DNA of 64,000 nucleotides from Deltaproteobacteria bacterium (lineage in GTDB: Bacteria > Myxococcota_A > Polyangia > Polyangiales > Houyiibacteriaceae): NCBI GenBank assembly GCA_034670305.1, contig JAXMNT010000025.1, positions 1-64,000 on the forward strand. Reading direction: 5' to 3'. The notes under the pieces are model-generated. The model saw only the letters and a program-made list of their open reading frames with translations. It had not been told where the DNA came from and did not search any database. Position numbers and translations under genes: made by a program. Each line of letters begins with the position of its first letter. Positions within the stretch are counted from its first letter, which is position 1. Positions 1 to 8,626 of the stretch are shown piece by piece.

Positions 1-213
1 CTTCTTGGTGGCCTTCTTCTTGGTGGCCTTCTTCTTGGTGGCCTTCTTCTTGGTGGCCTTCTTCTTGGTGGCCTTCTTCTTGGTGGCCTTCTTCTTGGTG
101 GCCTTCTTCTTGGTGGCCTTCTTCTTGTCGTCCTTCTTGGCGCTCTTCTTCTTGGCGGCCTTCTTCTTGGCGGCCTTCTTCTTGGCGGCCTTCTTCTTGG
201 CGGCCTTCTTCTT
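1..213 (-). repeat. 15-nt coding tandem repeat (KKKAT x>=8, KKKAA x4)
   Basis: CTTCTTCTTGGTGGC and CTTCTTCTTGGCGGC units on the + strand. Confidence 0.95.
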
Positions 214-579
214 GGGCGCCGGTGGCGGCGTGAGCGACTGCCACACCGCGAAGGTCACGCCCTGCGGGTCCTTGCAGATCGCGAAGATGCCCATGCCGGG
301 CACTTCCTCGGGCCCAAAGGCGATCGTGCCGCCCGCCTTCTCGACTTTCGCGATTGCCTTCGCGGTCGAGTCGACACTCGCGTACCCCACCCACGCCGGC
401 GGCATGCCGGGCATCGCGCCGCTCAGGCCGCCGAACACGCCCTCCTTGTCCGAGACCATGCTGTAGACGCCGTCGGGCATCGGCACGTCTTGGTAGGTCC
501 AGCCGAACACGGCCTTGTAAAACTTCTTCGCGGCCGCCGTGTCTGACGTCTGCAACTCGTGGTGAACGAATCTGCTCAT
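1..579 (-). CDS. VOC/glyoxalase family protein with C-terminal Lys-rich histone H1-like tail (3' end runs off window)
   Basis: Translated by hand from ATG at 579 (GGAGG upstream): MSRFVHHELQTSDTAAAKKFYKAVFGWTY...AWVGYASVD...GGTIAFGPEEVPGMGIFAICKDPQGVTFAVWQ, then KKKAA and KKKAT repeats to the window edge. Confidence 0.88.
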   Translation of the reverse strand, partial: MSRFVHHELQTSDTAAAKKFYKAVFGWTYQDVPMPDGVYSMVSDKEGVFGGLSGAMPGMPPAWVGYASVDSTAKAIAKVEKAGGTIAFGPEEVPGMGIFAICKDPQGVTFAVWQSLTPPPAPKKKAAKKKAAKKKAAKKKAAKKKSAKKDDKKKATKKKATKKKATKKKATKKKATKKKATKKKATKKKATKK

Positions 580-665
580 GGGAATCCTCCGTCGGCGCGC
601 TGGCGCCGTGCCCCCGTCCGCCGAGGGCGACCGAGGGTATTCGGACGAACGAACGCTTGAACAGA

Positions 666-2455
666 TCAAACGGTCGGAAGTCGATCTTCGTGGGTCGAGC
701 GCTCGCCGGTTTGGACCCGCCACAGCGACGCGTAGAGCCCGCCGAGACCGAGCAGTTCGTCGTGCGTGCCGTGTTCGACGATGTGCCCGCAGTCGAGCAC
801 GTGGATGCGATCTGCATTCCGCACCGTGCTCAGTCGATGGGCAATGACGAGGGTGGTCCGATCTTGCGTCACCCGCTCCAGACTGCGCTGGATCGCCGCT
901 TCCGTTTCGTTGTCGACGGCGCTCGTGGCTTCGTCGAGCACGAGCACCCGTGGATCGCGGACCAGCGCGCGCGCGATCGAGAGCCGCTGGCGCTGTCCAC
1001 CGCTGAGCTTCTGTCCGCGCTCGCCAACGACCGTGTCCCAGCCATCGGGCAGCGCTTCGATCATCTCGAGCGCTTCCGCTTGGGTGGCCGCCCGCACCAG
1101 TTCCTCCTGCGTCGCGTCCGGCCGGCCAAACGCCACGTTCTCACGAACGGTTCCGTGAAAGAGAAAGACGTCCTGTGCGACCAAGCCGATCGCACCCCGA
1201 AGCGCCTCGAACGAGAGATCGCGGACATCGGTGCCGTCCAGTCGGATGGCCCCATCCGTTGCGTCCCGCAGACGGAGCAAGAGCTGCACGAGGGTGCTCT
1301 TGCCGGCGCCGGTGCTGCCAACGACGGCGTGGGTCTCGCCAGCGCCGATCTCCAGGTCGAGTCCATGCAAGACCTCGTCGCCTTCGCCGTATCGGAACCG
1401 AACCTGCTCGAACGAGACCGCGCCGCGCACCTGCTCCGGGGACGTCTCGCCTTCGCGCAGGGTCGGCTTCACATCGAGGAGATCGAGGATGCGCCGGGTG
1501 GATGCCATCGCGCGCTGGTAGAGATCGAAGGTCTCTCCAAGGCGGGTGAGCGGCCACAAGAGCCGCTGGGTGATGAACACCATCACGCTGTAGGTGCCGA
1601 CCTCGAGCGTGCCCTCGAGTGTCAACCAGCCGCCAAGCACCAGCGTCGCGGTGAAGCCCAGCAAGATCGCCATGGAATCAGCGGCACGAATGCGCTGCTG
1701 ACCCGGATTGCCGCCGCGTTGCTGTCTCGGTACCGCGCGCTCTCCACACGGATCCGTTCGACCTCGCGCTCGTGTGCGCCGAACGCCTTGATGGTCGCGA
1801 TGCCGCCGAGATCGTTCGCGAACGAGGTCGCCAGATCACCGGCCCGCTCCCGCACCTCGAGGTAGCGCGGCTCGAGTTTGCGCTGGAACCGAAACGAACC
1901 CCAGACGATGAGCGGGACCGGAAGGAACGCGAGCGGCGCGACCTGGGGCGCGAGGATGAGAAACGAGAGGCCGACCGCGATGACGGTGGTGGCGGTCTGA
2001 AGGATGTCGTTCGCGCCGCGGTCGAGGAAGCGCTCCAGCTGGTTCACGTCGTCGTTGAGGATCGCGAGCAGGCCACCGGTGGAACGATCCTCGAACCACG
2101 CCATGTCGAGCGTCTGGATGTGCCGCCACGCGTCGAGTCGCGCGTCGTGTTGGATGTCCTGCGCGAGCCCGCGCCACCGGATCTGAAACAGGTACTGGAA
2201 GCTCGACTCCAGCGCCCAGATCACCGCGTTGACGGCGCCGAGCACGAAGAGCTGATGGAGCAGGTTCGTGACGCCGAACACGTCGGCGACCAGCGAACTC
2301 TCCTCCCGCACCACGATGTCGACAGCCATGCCAATCAAGAACGGCGGCGCGAGATCGAACAGACGGTTCAGCACGGAGTACGTCGACGCGACGACGACGG
2401 CGCGCCTCCGGTTCGCGGCGTACCGCCAGAGACGTTTCAGCGGAGCATCGGCCAT
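666..2455 (-). CDS. ABC exporter, fused permease/ATP-binding protein (MsbA-like), with a 1-nt frameshift near 1674
   Basis: The TMD ([12 protein letters not shown]...[15 protein letters not shown]) and the rest of TMD+NBD ([29 protein letters not shown]) are in different frames. The junction reads ATT-CC-ATG. Confidence 0.88.
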
Positions 2456-2498
2456 GAACCGGCTTGCCACGGGTGCCTGGGCGGGACCACCACTGCGA

Positions 2499-2612
2499 GC
2501 CAGCGCCGCGATTCCCGAGGCCGCGATGCTCGAGCCCAGCACCGCGATTCCCGAGGCCAGCACCGCGATTCCCGAGGCCGCGATGCTCGAGGCCAGCACC
2601 GCGATTCTCGGA
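2499..2612. repeat. 21-nt/15-nt intergenic minisatellite
   Basis: About four GCCAGCACCGCGATTCCCGAG units interleaved with two GCCGCGATGCTCGAG units. Confidence 0.9.
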
Positions 2613-2659
2613 GCCGCAACCGCGGTTCTCAAGGACCCGCATTGCTGGCACGATTCCGT

Positions 2660-5203
2660 GTGCGAAGGGCAGCCCAGTTCCTCGAAGAGGGCCACTTCTT
2701 CTTGGCGATGGAGCGACTGGTGCAAGCGTGGCGGAGCGGACCGGCGGCCGCGCTGCTCGAAGCCGTCGTGCGGGTGGCGCCCCACGCAGAGACCGCACTC
2801 GGAACCGCCCTCCGAGCGGTCGACGGCAAGGTCGACCCGGCGCTCTGGGACGAGGTCCTTGCACGCGAGCCGTTTCGAGATCTCGGCGCGCTCGCCGACA
2901 CCGCCCATCGCACGTCGTCGAAGGACGCACAGACCCGAATCGCGCGGCTGTGCGCACTCCCTTCCGACCCCCGTCGGTCGGCGGCATTCGGCAGGTGGCT
3001 CGTTGCGATCCCGTTTCGCGCCACGTCCACCCAACCCGCGTGGGCACAGATGTTCGACAGCTTCCGCGCGCTGCCCGATCCCTGGACCCTGGCGACCGTG
3101 GAGCGTGTGGCCGCGACGGATATTCCGGCGGGCGCCACGATGCAGAAGTGGATGCGGCAGCAACTGGCGCAGCTTCAGGAAGACCTTCGAGGTGCGGAGA
3201 AGATCCCGCCGCCGGCTGGGTTCGAGTCCGTCGAGCAAGCGCTCGCGCGTCGGTTTCCCCAAGCGCCCGCTCCCAGCCTGCCGGGCGCGACGTCGATCGG
3301 CGCGGCTGCGTTGCCCGAGGTCGGCACGCCTACCGGACACCCGTTCTGTGGGGAGCTCGTCTCCGGGCTGCGCACGAGCCAAGACGGACACTTCCTGTCG
3401 GTCACCCTCGGGCGGCTGCACGGCCAGCTCCCGATCCGGACATGTCTGTTCGACCTTGGCGAGGGAGCTCTGCCATTCGAGTGCCTGCCGGGCGCGCCGC
3501 CGCTCGCCTTCGGAGACCGGCAGGTGGCCGTCGCGGCGCCGCACGACGAAGACGAAAGGGCGCAGGCGATCCAAGAGCCGCGGGGTGTATTGTTGCTCGA
3601 TCGACATGCCTCATCCCGCGAGTGGTGGGACCTCGAGGACCTGCTGCCGGCCGGCGCTGCGATCCTCGCGATGACGTTCGGGGGATCCGGTGCGCTGTAC
3701 GTGGTGACTGGACACCGCCCGCCCGACGGGCACCATCCGGACCAGACGAGTCTGTTGCGTCTGGATCTGGAGACGGGCGAGGCCGAAGTCGAGTGGACCG
3801 GCGGCGCCCGCAGCCTGCGCGCGATCGAGGTCTCCGTGGACGCGGATGAGCGCTTCGTCCGCGTGGACATCCAGGGCCACCAACACGTCATCGACCGCGA
3901 CGAGAAGCGCCTCCGCAATGCCTACCGATGCACGCTCCAAGCGATGGGCGCGTCGTTCGTCAGCCCCGGCGACGGCAAGGGGCTCCGGACCCGATTCATC
4001 GACTGGGTCCTTGGCCGGGTCACCCACACACTCGCTCCGAGAGACCCAACGAACCTGTCGGTGATCGATTGTCGAGGTGCACGCGTCGTCGTGCAGCACC
4101 GCCGACAGCACACCCCGATGAAGCCGCCTCAACTGGCGACGCTCCACGCATCGAGCGCCACGACCTACGAATTGAAAGACCTGCGGCGGTTGAAAGGAGA
4201 CCGCGACACCCTCGCGGTCCTGGACCCAGAGGCCGAAGGCGCGCTCCTCACCACCGAACGCGGCGAAGTGGTCGCCACCGAGCGCGCCGCACGCTTCCTG
4301 CCGACGTCGGACTGCGTCCTCGGGGTGGGGTTCTCGTCCAACCACGCGTTGGTCTGGGGCGGCCACCGCGCGCTGGTGCTCGAGCTCGAGGACCGTGCGC
4401 TGGGCGCTGTCGAACATGGCCTGCAGGAACGCAACCTGCTCCATGCAGCTGCGCTCTCGGACGACGCGCTCTACGTCGGCATCGGCAAAGGGGGCCTTCG
4501 CCGATTCGATCGTCAGAAGAAGTGGAAGTCGCAGACCCTCAAGGGACACCGATTCCCATTCGCCCGGCTCGCGGTCTCCTCCACCGGCATGTTGGCGTCG
4601 GCATGCACCGACCAGAAGTGCAACCTCTGGAGCGCCGCCGGGGTCCGCAAAGCGTCGCTGCAACACCTGGCGCCGGTGCTCGGGGTGGACTGGCACCCGA
4701 GTGGCGACGCTGTCGCCACGCGGAGCGGGTCCATCCTGCGGGTGTGGCAGACCAAGGGCGGCCCACTCATCCGCGAGGTGGAGCTTCACCCGTTCGAAGC
4801 AGTCGCGTCCCCGGACGACCCAACGAAGGCATCGCCCGAAGAGCTGGTCCGCGTGTCGGGCCACCACGCCATCGTTTGGATGGCGGACGGCGCCACGTTG
4901 GTCTGTGCCACGGCGGCCGGTCTCGTCGCGGTGAACCCATCGAACGGCGCCACCGATCTGCTTTGGGGGAACGCGCCCGTGCACGCGCTGGCGTCTCATC
5001 CAGGTCGGACGCTCGTGGCCTGTGCGACGGAGGACGGCGGGGTGTGGCTCGTGAACGCATCGGGGGAAGCCCGCCGCATCTGCCAGGTTCGTCCGACGGG
5101 CGTGCTCGCCTTCGACCGCGAGGGCGTGCGCCTCTTCATCGGGAGCACCGACGCGGTCGGCGCCTACACCGTGGTCCCGCTCACGTTTCCGGAGCCCGCG
5201 TGA
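2660..5203 (+). CDS. WD40/beta-propeller repeat protein with helical N-terminal domain
   Basis: WD-like repeats (LKGHRFPFARLAVSSTGMLASACTDQKCNLW; HLAPVLGVDWHPSGDAVAT...LRVW). Start is uncertain (GTG 2660 or ATG 2708). Confidence 0.72.
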   Translation: MRRAAQFLEEGHFFLAMERLVQAWRSGPAAALLEAVVRVAPHAETALGTALRAVDGKVDPALWDEVLAREPFRDLGALADTAHRTSSKDAQTRIARLCALPSDPRRSAAFGRWLVAIPFRATSTQPAWAQMFDSFRALPDPWTLATVERVAATDIPAGATMQKWMRQQLAQLQEDLRGAEKIPPPAGFESVEQALARRFPQAPAPSLPGATSIGAAALPEVGTPTGHPFCGELVSGLRTSQDGHFLSVTLGRLHGQLPIRTCLFDLGEGALPFECLPGAPPLAFGDRQVAVAAPHDEDERAQAIQEPRGVLLLDRHASSREWWDLEDLLPAGAAILAMTFGGSGALYVVTGHRPPDGHHPDQTSLLRLDLETGEAEVEWTGGARSLRAIEVSVDADERFVRVDIQGHQHVIDRDEKRLRNAYRCTLQAMGASFVSPGDGKGLRTRFIDWVLGRVTHTLAPRDPTNLSVIDCRGARVVVQHRRQHTPMKPPQLATLHASSATTYELKDLRRLKGDRDTLAVLDPEAEGALLTTERGEVVATERAARFLPTSDCVLGVGFSSNHALVWGGHRALVLELEDRALGAVEHGLQERNLLHAAALSDDALYVGIGKGGLRRFDRQKKWKSQTLKGHRFPFARLAVSSTGMLASACTDQKCNLWSAAGVRKASLQHLAPVLGVDWHPSGDAVATRSGSILRVWQTKGGPLIREVELHPFEAVASPDDPTKASPEELVRVSGHHAIVWMADGATLVCATAAGLVAVNPSNGATDLLWGNAPVHALASHPGRTLVACATEDGGVWLVNASGEARRICQVRPTGVLAFDREGVRLFIGSTDAVGAYTVVPLTFPEPA

Positions 5204-6303
5204 ACGCGAAGACGCGCAACAAGATCCGCAAGCTCTGGAAGAGTCCGGACGAAGGGGTGTGGCGGCAAGCGATCGAGCTGGTCGAGAGCCTCGGGGACAC
5301 CTCCGCACTCGGCGTGCTGGCCGCCGATCTCGACGTCCGGTTCACCATGGACGAGTCCGCGGTGGCGGGCGACCGCCTGCTGGCGTTGCTCGCCGCGGGC
5401 CCGGAGGAGCCATCCCTCGAAGAACTTCGGACCCGATGTGCACGCATGCGCTTCGGGGCCACGTCGATCACGCCGGTCCATGGCGCCGCGTGGCTGCGGG
5501 TCCTCCACGCGCAGCAGACCGACGACTTCGACTGGAACGCGCTGCGAAGCCTCCGCGGCATGTGCCAGCTCACCCTCACGCACGTCGACCTCCAGGCGCC
5601 TGGGGCCACCGACGCGCCGTGGCCACCACTCGACCGGCTCGAGCTCAACGGCACGTTGCCGATCCACTTGCCACGTCTCTCGGCCCAGCGGCTCCGCGTG
5701 GACACGCAAGGCACGGTGCACTTCGGCGCGCACCTCGCCGCGGAGGAGATCCACGTGCGCGGCGAGGTCGTCGACGTGCGTGGCTTGGCAGCGAGTCCGG
5801 CGCTGCGTTCGTTTCTCTGCGATCGAACCTCGGTGGTATCGCTCGAAGGGTTCGAAGCCTCGAAGCACACTCTGGAGCAACTGCACTTCGGGACCGCCCC
5901 GCAGCTGAACTCGTTGCATGCGCTCCGGGACGCGACCGCGCTGAAGCACTTGTACGTCGGAGCCTCGACGCTCGACACACTCGACGACGTCGGCACGATG
6001 CAGGCGCTGGCGACCTTGTCTCTGACCGGTGCCGCGGTGTCGGACCTCGCGCCTCTGCAAGGGCTGAAGCACCTCCGCGTGCTCGACCTGCGCCGGTGCG
6101 GGTCGGTGCGTTCGCTCGACCCGATCGCGGACCTCGAGCTCGACCTCGTCGTCCTCGCGGGCACCGCGGTCGTTCCAGATGCCGTGCCTCCGAGCCTGCG
6201 ACATCGAGTGAGCTGGGCCGACGAACCGCAGCTCATGCTCTTCGGTGCGCCGGCCGTCGGTCACATCCGCAGAGAGCACCGCTGGAGCGCGTTCCCGACG
6301 TAG
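5200..6303 (+). CDS. Leucine-rich repeat protein
   Basis: GTG overlaps the upstream TGA. LRR motifs include LATLSLTGAAVSDLAPLQGLKHLRVLDLRRCGSVRSLDPI. Confidence 0.78.
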   Translation: MNAKTRNKIRKLWKSPDEGVWRQAIELVESLGDTSALGVLAADLDVRFTMDESAVAGDRLLALLAAGPEEPSLEELRTRCARMRFGATSITPVHGAAWLRVLHAQQTDDFDWNALRSLRGMCQLTLTHVDLQAPGATDAPWPPLDRLELNGTLPIHLPRLSAQRLRVDTQGTVHFGAHLAAEEIHVRGEVVDVRGLAASPALRSFLCDRTSVVSLEGFEASKHTLEQLHFGTAPQLNSLHALRDATALKHLYVGASTLDTLDDVGTMQALATLSLTGAAVSDLAPLQGLKHLRVLDLRRCGSVRSLDPIADLELDLVVLAGTAVVPDAVPPSLRHRVSWADEPQLMLFGAPAVGHIRREHRWSAFPT

Positions 6304-6378
6304 GTTGCCCGACCGTCTGAAGGATCGGCGGATGCGCACGACGCAGCACGACGACAGCCGCCACAGATCATCGCCGCC

Positions 6379-7278
6379 TCAGGACATCCGGACGAGCACC
6401 ACGCCGGCCACCACGAAGAGCGCCGCGACGATGCGGCGGCCCGCGAGCTTCTCCTTCAGCACCACCGCGCCCAGCAGCGCCGCGAAGAGCACGCTCGTCT
6501 CGCGCAGCGCCGCGACCGGCGCGATCGGCGCTTCCGTCATCGCCCAGAGCGCCGCCATGTAGCCGCCGGCCGAGAGCAGCCCCGCCCCGAGACCGAGCCA
6601 CCGCCGCTGCCACATCACCCGTCGCACCGGCGCGCCCCCCACGACCCCGGCTCCGATGCCAAAGAGCCAGCCCTGCAAGCAGGTGAGCCACACCGAGTAC
6701 GACACCGCGCCGGTCTCGCGCGCGCCCACTCCGTCGAGCATGACGTAGGTCGTCGTGCCGGCCGCGACCGCGAGCGTCCACGGCAACGCGCGTCGCCGAG
6801 AACCGGGCGTCGCGCCGTCCGGTTCGTGGTCGCCTGGCTGCCTCTTCCTGGTCTGCCCGATCAGACCCACCCCGATCACCCCGAACGCGATCAGCCCGAC
6901 CCCGGCGCCCGTGAACGGAGTAGGGCGTTCGTCCACGAAGAACCACGCGAGCATCGTGATGAAGAGCGGCGGCAGCCCGCGCGCGATCGGATACACGAAC
7001 GAGAGATCCGCCCGCCGGTACGCCGCAACCAGCAGGGCGAAATAGGTCGTGTGCACCACCACCGAGAGCGCGAGCAGCCCCCACACGCTTCTGGGCGGCA
7101 CATCGACGACGAAGAGCAGCGGCGTCCCTACGAGCGCCCAGGCGAGCGAAAGCCCCGCCGAGGTCGGGAGCGGATCGTTCGCCGTCCCGTCCTTCGCCCG
7201 CCGCCCCTTCAGCAGCGCGTTCCACCCCGCGTGCACCAGCGCCGAGCCCAGCACCACGAGGACGACCAGCGTGCTCAT
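6379..7278 (-). CDS. EamA/DMT family transporter
   Basis: LVHAGWNALLK, AYRRADLSFVYPIARG and APVAALRETSVLF motifs, with multiple TM helices. Confidence 0.9.
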   Translation of the reverse strand: MSTLVVLVVLGSALVHAGWNALLKGRRAKDGTANDPLPTSAGLSLAWALVGTPLLFVVDVPPRSVWGLLALSVVVHTTYFALLVAAYRRADLSFVYPIARGLPPLFITMLAWFFVDERPTPFTGAGVGLIAFGVIGVGLIGQTRKRQPGDHEPDGATPGSRRRALPWTLAVAAGTTTYVMLDGVGARETGAVSYSVWLTCLQGWLFGIGAGVVGGAPVRRVMWQRRWLGLGAGLLSAGGYMAALWAMTEAPIAPVAALRETSVLFAALLGAVVLKEKLAGRRIVAALFVVAGVVLVRMS

Positions 7279-7411
7279 CGACCGCTTTCCGGCCGAACCA
7301 GCACGGGTGGGGTGGCCCGGACAGCATGGGGCGCGGTGGCGATCACCCGCGCACCGTGTGCCACCGGACCAGCCCAGGCAACACACCAGGGACCGTGGGG
7401 CCAGGTTGCGG

Positions 7412-7439
7412 TTGACATCGCAGGGCCCGCGACTAATTT
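7412..7439 (+). promoter_or_regulatory. Sigma70-type promoter of tRNA-Thr
   Basis: TTGACA (7412-7417), 16 nt spacer, TAATTT (7434-7439), then GC-rich CCCCGC just upstream of the tRNA. Confidence 0.6.
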
Positions 7440-7466
7440 CCCCGCTCTTCGGCTCGCCGGAGCGTT

Positions 7467-7542
7467 GCCATCTTAGCTCAGTTGGTAGAGCAGCGGTTTC
7501 GTAAACCGCAGGTCGTCGGTTCAAGTCCGATAGATGGCTCCA
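7467..7542 (+). tRNA. tRNA-Thr (anticodon CGT)
   Basis: Acceptor stem GCCATCT/AGATGGC, D-arm AGCTCAGTTGGTAGAGC, anticodon arm GCGGT-TTCGTAA-ACCGC, T-loop TTCAAGT, encoded CCA. Confidence 0.97.
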
Positions 7543-7774
7543 ACACGATCCGTCAGAGATCGCCAGCCAACGCATGCGGCGCGTGGTGTGTGCGGCGGCC
7601 TCATGCCCTGCGCCCTTCTGACGGTAGGCACGGTTCACCCAACCCTCGATCCCGGATCGAGGCGGTGCGGGGGTCGGGGTCTCGTTCCTCGCGGCTCCGC
7701 ACGTTCCGCCTCATTTCGAAGGGTGGAACGAGTTGCAGCGCGATCGTCTGTACGGGAGCGCCGTTCGCGCTACA

Positions 7775-8626
7775 ATGAGGGTCTTGCGCGACGTCACCAC
7801 CCATCTGGCTTGGCTGGTCCTCGGTTCGCTGCTCCTCTCTGTTTCGGCGAAGGCACAGTCGGGGGCCGGTGATCCCTCGGATCTCGCCGCTGACGCCGAG
7901 GCGCCGGTCGTCGACCAGGTCTCGGAGGCGGATTTGGCGCGCGCGCAGGCCGCCTTTGATTCCGGCATGGCACTGGTCCGCGAAGAGCGCTGGGCCGACG
8001 CCGAGGCTCGCTTCGCGCAGGCGCTCGAGATCCGTTGGTCGGCCCCCGTCGCCGCCAACCTCGCGCTGGCTCAGTCGCACAGCGCGCGCCTCATCGAGGC
8101 CTTGTTGAACATCGACGAGATCCTGAGCCGTCCAGGGCTCGCTCCCGAGATCGTGGCGATGGCCGAGTCCCTGCGCGAAGAGCTCCAGGCGCGCCTGGCG
8201 TATGTGATCGTGGAGGCGCCGGCGCAGGTCGATGGTGAGGACCTGCTCGTGACGGTGGACGGTGTGGTGGCGCCGGCGGGCCCAATCGCGCTCAACCCGG
8301 GCGCCCACGAGATCGTCGCGCGCGTCGGGGAGCGGGTCATCGGCCGCGCGCCCGCCAACGTCGCCGAAGGGCAGACCGTCCGAATCGCGCTCGGTGATCT
8401 GACCCCTGCAGCGGTGGCGCACAGTGTTCCTGACCCTGAGATCGGACCGACACCCGAGACGCCGGGGACATCCGCGCCGCCCTCGCGGGTGGGTCGTCGC
8501 CTTGGCATCACCCTGGCCGCGCTGGCAGTCGTCGGTGTGGTGTTGGCGCTCGTGTTCACCGCGCCGTACGGCACCCCCGGTGGTCAACTCGACGGCGAGC
8601 TGGGAACTCTGGAGGTAGGCGAATGA
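7775..8626 (+). CDS. Secreted/membrane TPR + PEGA-like domain protein
   Basis: Signal peptide, TPR-like ARAQAAFDSGMALVREERWADAEARF, PEGA-like VTVDG...IALNPGAHEIVA, and a C-terminal TM helix. Confidence 0.7.
   Translation: MRVLRDVTTHLAWLVLGSLLLSVSAKAQSGAGDPSDLAADAEAPVVDQVSEADLARAQAAFDSGMALVREERWADAEARFAQALEIRWSAPVAANLALAQSHSARLIEALLNIDEILSRPGLAPEIVAMAESLREELQARLAYVIVEAPAQVDGEDLLVTVDGVVAPAGPIALNPGAHEIVARVGERVIGRAPANVAEGQTVRIALGDLTPAAVAHSVPDPEIGPTPETPGTSAPPSRVGRRLGITLAALAVVGVVLALVFTAPYGTPGGQLDGELGTLEVGE

Noticed and set aside
5-466. Plus-strand (VAFFL)n ORF
   Set aside because: Antisense of the KKKAT tail of the VOC gene
2499-2612. CRISPR-like array (also 52065-52158 and 29535-29608)
   Set aside because: Units are contiguous with no unique spacers, and there are no cas genes
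7467-7542. tRNA as an integration site for a genomic island
   Set aside because: No integrase and no duplicated tRNA 3' end seen in the window
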